A DNA stretch of 64,000 nucleotides. Source: Neoechinorhynchus agilis (lineage: Eukaryota; Animalia; Acanthocephala). The stretch's first letter is position 1. Each line of letters begins with the position of its first letter. Positions 25,326-36,599 of the stretch are shown piece by piece. The notes beneath the pieces were generated by a model. It did not search any database. It had not been told where the DNA came from and saw nothing but the letters and a program-made list of their open reading frames with translations. The stretch lies in assembly GCA_051530055.1 (NCBI GenBank), contig CM121342.1, forward strand, positions 1,584,797 through 1,648,796. The letters run 5' to 3'. Position numbers and translations under genes: made by a program.

Positions 25326-26574
25326 GACAAATGAGTAATGTTCAAACACTTAGTTTTAAAAATGCTGGACTCACCGAAGAGAACCAATCTTGTCGTCCTT
25401 CTGAATGAAGTCTAGAATTTGGAGTTAAAGTAAAGTTCATTTTTAGTTCACAAATAAACATACAGTGCTCTTTTAAGGAAATACGATCATTAATTACTCG
25501 GATTCTTCAATATCAGCACGATAAATCTCGCAATTACATTTTCTTGAGATAAGTGAAAATACCAAATGGGTTAAAGAATTCTGGAAATTTCTTCGATTTA
25601 CACATAGTTATTCGAGTAATGAAAATCGGTAAAATACAATGGATGGTTAAAAATTTGTCGATATGTAATTAATGCGAGTGATTTACTTTTAAAGTTGGGC
25701 ATTGAAGGAACAACAAAGTTAAATTGCACTTGGATATGTTTAATTCTGCAAGAACAAATTACTTGACAACTGTGCATAACTCTGTCACTGAGATTTGATA
25801 TTTTTAAATAGAACCAATTGCAATATATTGACGATAATCACAAAACTACAATTCATTCTTAAACGTTTAAAAGATTTTGATGGGTTTGATGTTTTATAAT
25901 GCTCTAGGGTTTTTGTTGGACAAGATATATAAGATTGGACACTTCTAAAGAATAACAATACTCTTATTATTGTTAAATGAAGAAGTGGGAGAGCACGAAA
26001 ACGTACACGTAGCGGTTGTATTATTCGGATTTGAATCAATTAGATCGAATTTAACAAAATCCTTTACCTAGAAAAAGGTTATCTTTTGATAAGTGCGTGA
26101 ATAATTCTCATGAATTCATTAAAGGATCCTACACGATGCACAAAGAGAAAATTCCATCGACTTAACAAAGAATTGAAATGACCAATAAAATGGAAGGAAA
26201 CAAGCATATAACGTTTCCCTTCAATTCTCTTTAGTTGGCCCTAATGCACAAAGGGAGGAAGGTCTTCGATTACGAAGTTCACGATCTCGGGTTTCCAAGT
26301 CCAATGAAAACTCAAATCGCTGGTTGTGACTTTACTTGTATATTGTTTAGACTTGAATTGATTAAATGACCCGACCTCTCACGGGCGTTGACAAGCGACC
26401 CAAATAATAACATATTTAACCAACGAGAATGCAATCCTCAATGAAATAATATTTTTGTGATTATTTTTTACACATTAACATCAAAATGTATTTAATGAAC
26501 AAACAATCAATGCGTTAAGCATTTGAGTTTAAAGCATAGTTCAATTCTGCAACTGTCGTCATGATTGTTCGACA

Positions 26575-26845
26575 GCTTCCTTGATGGACACGGCATTTCC
26601 GCGCTGATTCGCTGCAGCAAGAAGCTGCTGGAGCGCATATCGCCGGTGGCATGTTTTAGCATCTTTCCAAAGAGGAAATAATCGGCTTCTTTTCCGAGGC
26701 ATCCCAGTGTTTCCACCGCAATCCGGATGAACATCTATTGATGCCCATCGAGCGAGGAATACTTATGCCGCTTCTTTTAATCGCTGAGGCTGGTGACTGC
26801 TACCGCTTTTGAGGTGGCATCCCGTAAATGGGATGCTGCGTGCTT
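26575..26845 (-). mobile_element. CRE-like retrotransposon 3' fragment (RLE endonuclease end)
   Basis: KYSSL..F..IAVETLGCLG...ATGDMRSSSFLLQRIS..RGNA is the typical C-terminus of CRE-clade elements. Confidence 0.7.
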
Positions 26846-27218
26846 AAAAAAATTACAACTCTTATATTACGATTATCTTTAACACGCAAAGTGCAAAAAT
26901 TATGCAAAAATTATCATGATTTAATTAAGAATACATCTTAAAAATAAAACATAACAGTAAAAAATTAAAAAAAATAGGAAAAGTTGGGGGTTTGCAACTA
27001 TGTTTTCATCGAAGAAGATCCGGGTTTTAGCAAGAAAGACCGAAAATCATCCCTACAAAAAAGAAAAATTTAAATGCGCACTTGAGAAAAATAATATCGT
27101 CCAAAATAATGAAACGCGCTGGGTTTTTGTACGGCGTGAGGTAAAAATCTCGGATATTTATTAAAAATTATAGTGAAAAGTGTAAGAGAATATTACTTTC
27201 AATCTGTTATTGTCATGT

Positions 27219-30200
27219 TCAATTAAGTTGTCTTCGAATCCTATATGAGTTCATGTTGGAATATCGCATAAATCGATTATTAGTTCGGTTATAAAAGAAT
27301 GAATTTTGCACAAAACGATATTCCGCATTGGAACCTAACCGATAACGATATGATGTCATTCTAAGTGAAGATCGACTTGGACGAAATCTATTGATCGGCA
27401 TCTGCGGTCTTAACGGTCTTGGATTTATCACAGTAATTGGAATAACTCTGATTTCTGAGTTGTCAGTTTCATTGGAAGTTTCCATTGAAAACAAAGCATC
27501 GAATTTGACTTTATCCTCAGAAGTAGCTGAAATATTGCTCTCTGTAGAAGACGAAGGAATTTGCCCTGGGCTTGAAGGAAGACAAGACAATGATTTCATA
27601 TCTGCTGCGCTTTTTTTACCAGGTACCAAAATTGCTTCAGTACTATCTCGCTTAATTGGAACGATAAAAGACGAACCAGCTTCTTTTCGAGAAGCAACCG
27701 GCGGTACCATTGAAGGAGAACAAGAAACTCCACTTTCAAGCTGCTCAGAAGTCGCCGGTTTCGCAGCTGGCTCCAAAGTTGGTTCCTCTTCCTTCGAAGC
27801 AATTGGAGATGTGCCGGGCACTTTTCGTGCTGACGAAGAGTCTTCCTTTGGCTCTTGTTTATCCTTCAGCTTCAATGTCTCTGGCTTCGCCGTAGTTTCC
27901 TTCGAAGGCTCGTTGGTTGGATCCTCTTCCTTCGAAGGAATTGGCGATATGTCGGCCACTTTTCGTGGTGACGAAGAATCTTCCTTCGCCTCTTCTTTAT
28001 CCTTCGGCTTCGATGCCTCTGGCTTCGCCGTTGGATCCTTTGATGGCTTTTTGGTGTCACACTCTACCTTCGAAGGGATTGGCGACGTGACGGGCACTTT
28101 TCGTACTGACGAAGAGTCGTCCTTCGGCTCTTCGTTATTCTTCGGCTTCGATGTCAGCGGCTTGGCCGTTGGATCCTTTGATGGCTCCTTGGTTGGTTCT
28201 TCTTCCTTCGACGGAATTGGCGACGTGGCGGGCACTTTTCGAGGTGACGAAGAGTCTTCCTTCAGCTCTTTATCCTTCGGCTTAGATGTCTCGAGATTCG
28301 CCTTTGGTTCCTTCGATGGCTCCTTGGTTGGTTCTTCTTCCTTCGTTGGAATTAGAGATGTGTCGGGCACTTTCCGTAGTGAAGAAGAGTCTTTCTTCGG
28401 CTTCGATGAGTCTGGCTTCGCCGTTGGATCCTTCGATGGCTCCTTGGTTGGTTCTTCTTCCTTCGAAGGAATTGGCGACGTGGCGGGCACTTTTCGTGGT
28501 GAAGAGTCTTCCTTCGGCTCTTTATCCTTCGGGTTAGATGTCTCGGGCTTCGCCTTTGGTTCCTTCGATGGCTCTTTGATGTCATCCCCTTCCTTCGTTG
28601 GAATTAGAGATGTGTCGGACAATTTCCGTGGCGACGAAGACTCTTTCTTCGGCTCTTCTTTATCCTTCAGCTTCGATGTCTCTGGCTTCGTCGTTGGATC
28701 CTTTGATGGCGCTTTGGTGTTATCCTCTTCCTTCGAATGAATCGGAGATGTTTCGGGCACATTTCGTGGCAACGAAGAGCCTTTCTTCGACTCTTCTTTA
28801 TCCTTCGGCTTCGATGTCTCTGGTTTCGTCGTTGGATCTTTCGATAGCACTTTGACGTCGTCCTCTTCCTTCGTTGGAATTCTAGACGTGTCGGGCACTT
28901 TTCGTTGTGACGAAGAGTCTTCCTTCGGCTCTTCTTTATCCTCCGGCTTCGATGTCTCCGGCTTCGCCGTTTGATCCTTCGATGGCTCTTTGGTGTCATC
29001 CTCTTCCTTCGCAGGAATTGACGATGTGTCGGGCACTTTCCGTGGTGACGAAGAGTCTTTCTTCGGCTCTTCTTTATCCTTCGGCTTCAATTTCTCCGGC
29101 TTCGCCGTTGGATCCTTCGATTCCGCCTTGGTTAGTTCTTCTCCCTTCGATGGAATCGGCAATGTGCCGGCCACTTTTGGTGGTGACGAAGAGTCATCAT
29201 TCGGCCCTTCTTTATCCTTCGGCTTCGATGTCTCTGGCTTCGCCGTTGGATCCTTTGATGGCTGTTTGATGTCATCCTTTTCCTTCGTTGGAATTTTAGA
29301 TGTGTCGGGTACTGTTCGTGGTGACGAAGAGTCATCCTTCGGCTTCGATGTCTCTGGCATCGCCGTTGGATCCTTTGATGACTGTTTGATGTCATCCTTT
29401 TCCTTCGTTGGAATTTTAGATGTGACGGGCACTTTTCGTGGTAACGAGGAGTCTTCCATCGGCTCTTCTATATCCTTCGGCTTGGATGTCTCTGGCTTCA
29501 AGGTTGGTTCCTTTGATGACTCTTTGATGTCATCCTCTTCCTTCGTTGGAATTAGGAGTGTTTCATGCACTTTTCGTGGTGACGAAGAGTCTTCCTTTGA
29601 CTCTTCTTTATCCTTCGGCTTCGGTTTCTCCGTCTTCGCCGTTGGATCCTTCGGTTGCGCCTTGTTTGGTTCTTCTCCCTTCGATGGAATTGGCAATGCG
29701 CCGGGCGCTTTTTGTGGTGACGAAGAGTCATCCTTCGGCTCTTCTTTATCCTTCGGCTTCGATGTCTCCGGCTTCGCCGTTTGATCCTTCGACGGCTCTT
29801 TGGTGTCACCCTTTTCCTTCGCAGGAATTAGCGATGTGCCGGGCACTTTTGGTGGTGACGAAGAGTCATCATTCGGCTCTTCTTTATCCTTCGGCTTCGA
29901 TGTCTCTGGCTTCGCCGTTGGATCCTTTGATGGCTGTTTGATGTCATCCTTTTGCTTCGTTGGAATTTTAGATGTGTCGGGCACTGTTCGTGGTGACGAA
30001 GAGTCATCCTTCGGCTTCGATGTCTCTGGCTTCGCCGTTGGATCCTTTGATGACTGTTTGCTGTCATCCTTTTCCTTCGTTGGAATTTTAGATGTGACGG
30101 GCACTTTTCGTGGTAACGAGGAGTCTTCCATCGGCTCTTCTATATCCTTCGGCTTGGATGTCTCTGGCTTCAAGGTTGGTTCCTTTGATGACTCTTTGAT

Positions 30201-33200
30201 GTCATCCTCTTCCTTCGTTGGAATTAGGAGTGTTTCATGCACTTTTCGTGGTGACGAAGAGTCTTTGTTTGACTCTTCTTTATCCTTCGGCTTCGGTTTC
30301 TCCGTCTTCGCCGTTGGATCCTTCGATTGCGCCTTGGTTGGTTCTTCTCCCTTCGATGGAATTGGCAATGCGCCGGGCGCTTTTTGTGGTGACGAAGAGT
30401 CATCCTTCGGCTCTTCTTTATCCTTCGGCTTCGCCGTTTGATCCTTCGACGGCTCTTTGGTGTCACCCTTTTCCTTCGCAGGAATTAGCGATGTGCCGGG
30501 CACTTTTTGTGGTGAGGAAGAGTCATCTTTCGGCTCTTCTTTATCCCTCGGCTTCGATGTCTCTGGCTTCGCCGCTGGATCTTTTGATGGCTCTATGATG
30601 TCATCCTCCTTCTTCGTTGGAATTCTAGATGTGTCGGGCACTTTTCGTGGTGACAAAGAGTCTTCCTTCGACTTGGATGTCTCTGGCTTCGCCGTTGGAT
30701 CCTTTGATGGCTGCTTGATGTCATCTTCTTCCTTCATTGGAATTTTAGATGTGTCGGGCACTTTTCGTGGTGACGAAGAGTCTTCCTTCGGCTCTTCTTT
30801 ATCCTTCGGCTTCGCCGTTTGATCCTTCGATGGCTCTTTGGTGTCATCCTCTCCCTTCGATAAAATTGGCAATGTGCCGGGCACTTTTTGTGGTGACGAA
30901 GAGTCATCCTTTTCCTTCGTTGGAATTAGAGATGTGTCGGGCACTTTTCGTGGTGACGAAGAGTCTTCCTTCGACTCTTCATTATCCTTCGGCTTCGGTT
31001 TCTTCGGCTTCGCCGTTGGATCCTTCGATTGCGTCTTGGTTAGTTCTTCTCCCTTCGTTGGAATTTTAGATGTGTCGGGCACTTTTCGTGGTGACGAAGA
31101 GTCTTCCTTCGGCTCTTCTTTATCCTTTGGCCTGGATGTCTCTGGCTTCACGGTTGGTCCCTTCGATGGCTCTTTGATGTCATCCTCTTCCTTCGTTCGA
31201 ATTAGAGATGTGTCCGACACTTTTCGTGGTAACGAGGAGTCTTCCATCGGCGCTTCTTTATCCTTCGGCTTGGATGCCTCTGGTTTCACGGTTGATTCCT
31301 TTGATGGCTCGTTAGTGTCATCCTCTTCCTTCGTTGGAATTAGAGATGTGTCGGGCACTTTACGTGGTGACGAAGAGTCTTCCTTCGGCTCTTCTTTATC
31401 CTTCGGCCTGGATGTCTCGGGCTTTGAAGTTGGATCCTTTGATTGCTCTTTGGTGTTATCCTCTTCCTTCGAAATAATCGGAGATGATTCGGGCACTTTT
31501 CGTGGCGACGAAGAGTCTTCCATCGGCTCTTCTTTATCTTTCGGCTTCGTTGTCTCTGGCTTCGTCGTTCGATCTTTCGATGGCTCTTCAGGGTCATCCT
31601 CTTCCTTCGTTGGAATTAGAGATGTGTCCGGTACTTTTCGTTGTGACAAAGACTCTTCCTTCGGCTCTTCTTCATCCTTCGGCTTGGATGTCTCTGGCTT
31701 CACGGTTGGTTCCTTTGATGGCTCGTTAGTGTCATCCTCTTCCTTCGTTGGAATTAGAGATGTGTCGGGCACTTTACGTGGTGACGAAGAGTCTTCCTTC
31801 GGCTCTTCTTTATCCTTTGGCTTCGATGTCTCTGGCTTCGTAGTTGGATCTTTTGATGGCTCTTTGATGTCATCTTCCTCCTTCGTTGGAATTCTACATG
31901 TGTCGGGCACTCTTCGTGGTGACAAAGAGTCTTCCTTCGGCTCCTTTTTATCCTTCGGCTTAGATGTCTCTGGCTTCACGGTTGGTTCCTTCGATTGCTC
32001 TATGTTGTCATCCGCCTCCTTCGTTGGAATTAGAGACGTGTCAGGCACTATTCGTTGTGACAAAGACTCTTCCTTCGGCTCTTCTTTATCCTTCGGCTTG
32101 GATGTCTCTGGCTTCGCCGTTGGATCATTTGATGGCTGCTTGATGTCATCTTCTTCCTTCATTGGAATTTTAGATGTGTCGGGCACTATTCGTGGTGACG
32201 AAGAGTCTTCCTTCGGCTCTTCTTTATCTTTTGGCTTCGTTGTCTCTGGCTTCGTCGTTCGATCTTTCGATGGCCCTTTTGTGTCATCCTTCTCCTTCGT
32301 CGGAATTCTAGATGTGTCGGTCACTTTTCGTGGTAACGAGGAGTGTTCCATCGGCGCTTTTTTATCCTTCGGCTTGGATGTCTCTGGTTTCACGGTTGGT
32401 TCCTTTGATGGCTCGTTAGTGTCATCCTCTTCCTTCGTTGGATTTAGAGATGTGTCGGGCACTTTACGTGGTGACGAAGAGTCTTCCTTCGGCTCTTCTT
32501 TATCCTTTGGCCTGGATGTCTCGGGCTTTGAAGTTGGATCCTTTGATTGCTCTTTGGTGTTATCCTCTTCCTTCGAAATAATCGGAGATGATTCGGGCAC
32601 TTTTCGTGGCGACGAAGAGTCTTCCATCGGCTCTTCTTTATCTTTTGGCTTCGTTGTCTCTGGCTTCGTCGTTCGATCTTTCGATGGCTCTTCAGGGTCA
32701 TCCTCTTCCTTCGTTGGAATTAGAGATGTGTCCGGTACTTTACGTGGTGACGAAGAGTCATCCTTCAGCTCTTCTTCATCCTTCGGCTTGGATGTCTCTG
32801 GCTTCACGGTTGGTTCCTTTGATGGCTGTTTGATGTCATCCTTTTCCTTCGTTGGAAGTTTAGATGTGTCGGGCACTTTTCGTGGTAACGAGGAGTCTTC
32901 CATCGGCTCTTCTTTATCCTGCGGCTTGGATTTCTCTGGCTTCAAGGTTGGTTCCTTTGATGGCTCTTTGATGTCATCCTCTTCCTTCGTTTGAATTAAG
33001 AGTGTTTCGGGCACTTTTCGTGGTGACGAAGAGTCTTCCTTCGACTCTTCTTTATCCTTCGGCTTCGGTTTTTCCGTCTTCGCTGTTGGATCCTTCGATT
33101 GCGCCTTGGTTGGTTCTTCTCCCTTCGATGGAATTGGCAATGCGCCGGGTGATTTTTGTGGTGACGAAGAGTCATCCTTCGGCTCTCCTTTATCCTTCGA

Positions 33201-36200
33201 CTTCGATGTCTCCGGCTTCGCCGTTTGATCCTTCGACGACTCTTTGGTGTCATCCTCTTCCTTCGCAGGAATTGGCGATGTGCCGGGCACTTTTTGTTGT
33301 GAGGAAGAGTCATCCTTCATCTCTTCTTTATCCCTCGGCTTCGAGGTCTCTGGCTTCGCCGTTGGATCTTTCGATGGCTCTTTTGTGTCATCCTCCTCCT
33401 TCGTTGGAATTCTAGATGTGTTGGGCACTTTTCGTGGTAACGAGGAGTCTTCCATCGGCTCTTCTTTATCCTTCGGCTTCGATGTCTCTGGCTTCGCCGT
33501 TGGATCCTTTGATGGCTGTTTGATGTCATCCTTTTCCTTCGTTGGAATTAAAGATGTGTCGGGCACTTTTCGTGGTGACAAAGAGTCTTCCTTCGACTTG
33601 GATGTCTCTGGCTTCGCCGTTGGATCCTTTGATGGCTGCTTGATGTCATCTTCTTCCTTCATTGGAATTTTAGATATGTCGGGCACTTTTCGTGGTGACG
33701 AAGAGTCTTCCCTCGGCTCTTCTTTATCCTTCGGCTTCGATGTCTCCGGCTTCGCCGTTTGATCCTTCGATGGCTCTTTGGTGTCATCCTCTCCCTTCGT
33801 TGGAATTAGAGATGTGTCGGACACTTTTCGTGGTGACGAAGAGTCTTCCTTCGGCTCTTCTTTATCCTTCGGCTTCGATGTCTCCGGCTTCGCCGTTATA
33901 TCCTTCGATGGCTCTTTGGTGTCATCCTCTCCCTTCGATAGAATTGGCAATGTACCGGGCACTTTTTGTGGCGACGAAGAGTCATCATTCGGCCCTTCTT
34001 TATCCTTCGGCTTCGATGTCTCTGGCTTCGCCGTTGGATCCTTTGATGGCTGTTTGATGTCATCCTTTTCCTTCGTTGGAATTTTAGATGTGTCGGGCAC
34101 TGTTCGTGGTGACGAAGAGTCATCCTTCGGCTTCGATGTCTCTGGCTTCGCCGTTGGATCTTTTGATGGCTGTTTGATGTCATCCTTTTCCTTCGTTGGA
34201 ATTGGAGATGTGTCGGGCACTTTTCGTGGTGACGAAGAGTCTTGTTTCGACTCTTCTTTATCCTTCGGCTTCGGTTTCTCTGGCTTCAAGGTTGGTTCCT
34301 TTGATGGCTCTTTGATGTCATCCTCTTCCTTCGTTTGAATCAAGAGTGTTCCGGGCACTTTTCGTGGTGACGAAGGGTCTTCCTTCGACTCTTCTTTATC
34401 CTTCGGCTTCGGTTTCTCCGTCTTCGCTGTTGGATCCTTCGATTGCGCCTTGGTTGGTTCTTCTCCCTTCGATGGAATTGGCAATGCGCCGGGCGCTTTT
34501 TGTGGTGACGAAGAGTCATCCTTTGGCTCTTCTTTATCCTTCGGCTTCGATGTCTCCTGCTTCGCCGTTTGATCCTTCGACGGCTCTTTGGTGTCATCCT
34601 CTTCCTTCGCAGGAATTGGCGATGTGCCGGGCACTTTTTGTGGTGAGGAAGAGTCATCCTTCATCTCTTCTTTATCCCTCGGCTTCGATGTCTCTGGCTT
34701 CGCCTTTGGATCTTTCGATGGCTCTTTTGTGTCATCCTCCTCCTTCGTTGGAATTCTAGATGTGTCGGGCACTTTTCGTGGTGACGAAGAGTCTTCCATC
34801 GGCTCTTTATCCTTCGGCTTAGATGTCTCCTGCGTCGCTGTTTGATCCTTCGATGGCCCTTTGGTGTCATCCTTTTCCTTCGCATTAATTGGCGATGTGC
34901 CGGGCACTTTTTGTGGTGACGAAGAGTCATCCTTCGGCTCTTCTTTATCTTTTGGCTTCGTTGTCTCTGGCTTCGTCGTTCGATCTTTCGATGGCTCTTT
35001 AGTGTGATCCTCCTCCTTCGTTGGAATTCTAGATGTGTCGGGCACTTTTCGTGGTGACGAGGAGTCTTCCATCGGCTCTTCTTTATCTTTTCGCTTTGTT
35101 GTCTCTGGTTTCGTCGTTCGATCTTTCAATGGCTCTTTAGTGTCATCCTCTTCCTTGTTTGCAATTCTAAATGTTTCGGGCACTTTTCGTGGTGACGAAG
35201 AGTCTTCCTTCGGCTCTTCTTTATCCTTCGGCTTCGGCTTCTCCGGCTTCGCCGTTGGATCCTTCGAGTGCGCTTTGGTTGGTTCTTCTCCCTTCGTTGG
35301 AATTTTAGATGTGTCGGGCACTTTTCGTGGTGACGAAGAATCTTCCTTCGGCTCTTCTTTATCCTTTTGCTTCGATGTCTCTTGCTTCGCCGTTGGATCC
35401 TTTGATGGCTCTTTGATGTTATCCTCTTCCGTCGCAGGAATTGGCGATATGCCGGGCACTTTTTTTGGTGACGAAGGGTCATCCTTCGGCTCTTTTTTAT
35501 CCTTCGTCGTCGTTATCTCTGACTTGTCAATTAAATCCATCGGCTGCTCTTTTGTTCGGTCTTCTTCCTTCGGCTCTTCTTTTTGCTGCGGCTTCGATGT
35601 ATTTTGTTTTTCTAATAGAGAAGTTGATGGGTCTTTCCTGTCATCTTGGGTCTTCGGAATTAAAGATTCATATTGCACTTCTCTAGGTAGCTTTATATCT
35701 TCTTTAGGTGTTTCGTTGTCTTGCTCTTGTTGGGCATTTTGTTTTTCGGTTAGAGAAGTAAATCGAGCTTCAATGTCATCTTCGTTCTTCGGAGGAATTG
35801 AAGATGCGTCTTGTACTTCTCCTTCATTCCTAGAAGCGTCTTTGTGTTTTTCTTTATCCTCTATTTTCGGTGTGTCTTGATTTATAGTTTTATCCTTCAG
35901 TGTATCTTTGGTACGGTCCTCTTTCTTCGGAGGAATTAAAGATGTGGCTGGTAGATCTCCTTGGTTTAAAGATTCTTTGTTTGCTTTTTCGTCTGCTTGT
36001 TTTTTTAACTTTTCTGAATTTGTGCTATGCGTCTTTGCTTGATCTTTATTGTCATCGTTTTCTTTGTCATTTTCAGTTGTAGGCTGAGCACGTTCTTCGG
36101 TTTCGGGCGTTATTTTAGTTTCGATATCGTTATTTGGTTCCAATTTATCAGGTGTTGAAGGAAGAGATTTTACTGAAGTTTGCTTATGGTCGCCTATATT

Positions 36201-36599
36201 GTTAAATCCCTTGTTTTTCAGTTCTTTAGGTATTATAGATGGTATGCTTTCCCTCGTATTGGGATCGTTAGATGAGGTTTCGTGAACATCGTCTGTATCG
36301 CTATATTCGTCAAATGCAGAATAAAAACTGTAACGGTTGCTGGAGCTCATGCTTTCTCGGCCATTTTCGAACTCAGGAAAGGATACGGTGGGTTCGTAGT
36401 ATAGATTTCTGCTAAGTAATGTGTTTGTTTTTGGTACTTCATTTTCTGGAAGGTCTTGATCTGATAAAGACAGGCCAGCTACTTCCAAGAGGCTATATAC
36501 TTTATTCCATGCACCCAATAAAACTTCGGGGATGGTTGGTCTGTGGACAATTTCGTCCACGGCATCTTTCTTTGATTGTGGTGCTGTCGGTACCATCAT
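27219..36599 (-). CDS. giant low-complexity K/E/D/P/S/T-rich protein, 3126 aa, with roughly 55-60 copies of a 46-aa repeat
   Basis: 9.4-kb uninterrupted ORF in which all repeat-length variants are multiples of 3 nt, with unique N- and C-termini. An in-frame upstream exon (to about 36763) is possible via a 24-nt GT-AG intron. Confidence 0.85.
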   Translation of the reverse strand: MMVPTAPQSKKDAVDEIVHRPTIPEVLLGAWNKVYSLLEVAGLSLSDQDLPENEVPKTNTLLSRNLYYEPTVSFPEFENGRESMSSSNRYSFYSAFDEYSDTDDVHETSSNDPNTRESIPSIIPKELKNKGFNNIGDHKQTSVKSLPSTPDKLEPNNDIETKITPETEERAQPTTENDKENDDNKDQAKTHSTNSEKLKKQADEKANKESLNQGDLPATSLIPPKKEDRTKDTLKDKTINQDTPKIEDKEKHKDASRNEGEVQDASSIPPKNEDDIEARFTSLTEKQNAQQEQDNETPKEDIKLPREVQYESLIPKTQDDRKDPSTSLLEKQNTSKPQQKEEPKEEDRTKEQPMDLIDKSEITTTKDKKEPKDDPSSPKKVPGISPIPATEEDNIKEPSKDPTAKQETSKQKDKEEPKEDSSSPRKVPDTSKIPTKGEEPTKAHSKDPTAKPEKPKPKDKEEPKEDSSSPRKVPETFRIANKEEDDTKEPLKDRTTKPETTKRKDKEEPMEDSSSPRKVPDTSRIPTKEEDHTKEPSKDRTTKPETTKPKDKEEPKDDSSSPQKVPGTSPINAKEKDDTKGPSKDQTATQETSKPKDKEPMEDSSSPRKVPDTSRIPTKEEDDTKEPSKDPKAKPETSKPRDKEEMKDDSSSPQKVPGTSPIPAKEEDDTKEPSKDQTAKQETSKPKDKEEPKDDSSSPQKAPGALPIPSKGEEPTKAQSKDPTAKTEKPKPKDKEESKEDPSSPRKVPGTLLIQTKEEDDIKEPSKEPTLKPEKPKPKDKEESKQDSSSPRKVPDTSPIPTKEKDDIKQPSKDPTAKPETSKPKDDSSSPRTVPDTSKIPTKEKDDIKQPSKDPTAKPETSKPKDKEGPNDDSSSPQKVPGTLPILSKGEDDTKEPSKDITAKPETSKPKDKEEPKEDSSSPRKVSDTSLIPTKGEDDTKEPSKDQTAKPETSKPKDKEEPREDSSSPRKVPDISKIPMKEEDDIKQPSKDPTAKPETSKSKEDSLSPRKVPDTSLIPTKEKDDIKQPSKDPTAKPETSKPKDKEEPMEDSSLPRKVPNTSRIPTKEEDDTKEPSKDPTAKPETSKPRDKEEMKDDSSSQQKVPGTSPIPAKEEDDTKESSKDQTAKPETSKSKDKGEPKDDSSSPQKSPGALPIPSKGEEPTKAQSKDPTAKTEKPKPKDKEESKEDSSSPRKVPETLLIQTKEEDDIKEPSKEPTLKPEKSKPQDKEEPMEDSSLPRKVPDTSKLPTKEKDDIKQPSKEPTVKPETSKPKDEEELKDDSSSPRKVPDTSLIPTKEEDDPEEPSKDRTTKPETTKPKDKEEPMEDSSSPRKVPESSPIISKEEDNTKEQSKDPTSKPETSRPKDKEEPKEDSSSPRKVPDTSLNPTKEEDDTNEPSKEPTVKPETSKPKDKKAPMEHSSLPRKVTDTSRIPTKEKDDTKGPSKDRTTKPETTKPKDKEEPKEDSSSPRIVPDTSKIPMKEEDDIKQPSNDPTAKPETSKPKDKEEPKEESLSQRIVPDTSLIPTKEADDNIEQSKEPTVKPETSKPKDKKEPKEDSLSPRRVPDTCRIPTKEEDDIKEPSKDPTTKPETSKPKDKEEPKEDSSSPRKVPDTSLIPTKEEDDTNEPSKEPTVKPETSKPKDEEEPKEESLSQRKVPDTSLIPTKEEDDPEEPSKDRTTKPETTKPKDKEEPMEDSSSPRKVPESSPIISKEEDNTKEQSKDPTSKPETSRPKDKEEPKEDSSSPRKVPDTSLIPTKEEDDTNEPSKESTVKPEASKPKDKEAPMEDSSLPRKVSDTSLIRTKEEDDIKEPSKGPTVKPETSRPKDKEEPKEDSSSPRKVPDTSKIPTKGEELTKTQSKDPTAKPKKPKPKDNEESKEDSSSPRKVPDTSLIPTKEKDDSSSPQKVPGTLPILSKGEDDTKEPSKDQTAKPKDKEEPKEDSSSPRKVPDTSKIPMKEEDDIKQPSKDPTAKPETSKSKEDSLSPRKVPDTSRIPTKKEDDIIEPSKDPAAKPETSKPRDKEEPKDDSSSPQKVPGTSLIPAKEKGDTKEPSKDQTAKPKDKEEPKDDSSSPQKAPGALPIPSKGEEPTKAQSKDPTAKTEKPKPKDKEESNKDSSSPRKVHETLLIPTKEEDDIKESSKEPTLKPETSKPKDIEEPMEDSSLPRKVPVTSKIPTKEKDDSKQSSKDPTAKPETSKPKDDSSSPRTVPDTSKIPTKQKDDIKQPSKDPTAKPETSKPKDKEEPNDDSSSPPKVPGTSLIPAKEKGDTKEPSKDQTAKPETSKPKDKEEPKDDSSSPQKAPGALPIPSKGEEPNKAQPKDPTAKTEKPKPKDKEESKEDSSSPRKVHETLLIPTKEEDDIKESSKEPTLKPETSKPKDIEEPMEDSSLPRKVPVTSKIPTKEKDDIKQSSKDPTAMPETSKPKDDSSSPRTVPDTSKIPTKEKDDIKQPSKDPTAKPETSKPKDKEGPNDDSSSPPKVAGTLPIPSKGEELTKAESKDPTAKPEKLKPKDKEEPKKDSSSPRKVPDTSSIPAKEEDDTKEPSKDQTAKPETSKPEDKEEPKEDSSSQRKVPDTSRIPTKEEDDVKVLSKDPTTKPETSKPKDKEESKKGSSLPRNVPETSPIHSKEEDNTKAPSKDPTTKPETSKLKDKEEPKKESSSPRKLSDTSLIPTKEGDDIKEPSKEPKAKPETSNPKDKEPKEDSSPRKVPATSPIPSKEEEPTKEPSKDPTAKPDSSKPKKDSSSLRKVPDTSLIPTKEEEPTKEPSKEPKANLETSKPKDKELKEDSSSPRKVPATSPIPSKEEEPTKEPSKDPTAKPLTSKPKNNEEPKDDSSSVRKVPVTSPIPSKVECDTKKPSKDPTAKPEASKPKDKEEAKEDSSSPRKVADISPIPSKEEDPTNEPSKETTAKPETLKLKDKQEPKEDSSSARKVPGTSPIASKEEEPTLEPAAKPATSEQLESGVSCSPSMVPPVASRKEAGSSFIVPIKRDSTEAILVPGKKSAADMKSLSCLPSSPGQIPSSSTESNISATSEDKVKFDALFSMETSNETDNSEIRVIPITVINPRPLRPQMPINRFRPSRSSLRMTSYRYRLGSNAEYRFVQNSFFYNRTNNRFMRYSNMNSYRIRRQLN
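27790..35520 (-). repeat. coding minisatellite, 138-bp unit with 120- and 123-bp variants and higher-order blocks
   Basis: Unit KDKEEPKEDSSSPRKVPDTSLIPTKEEDDTKEPSKDPTAKPETSKP. Near-identical shadow ORFs recur at offsets of 672, 1104 and 1344 bp. Confidence 0.9.

Noticed and set aside
27391-35880. Long plus-strand Ser/Phe/Gly ORFs and Arg-rich alternative-frame ORFs
   Set aside because: Antisense and frame shadows of the coding minisatellite.
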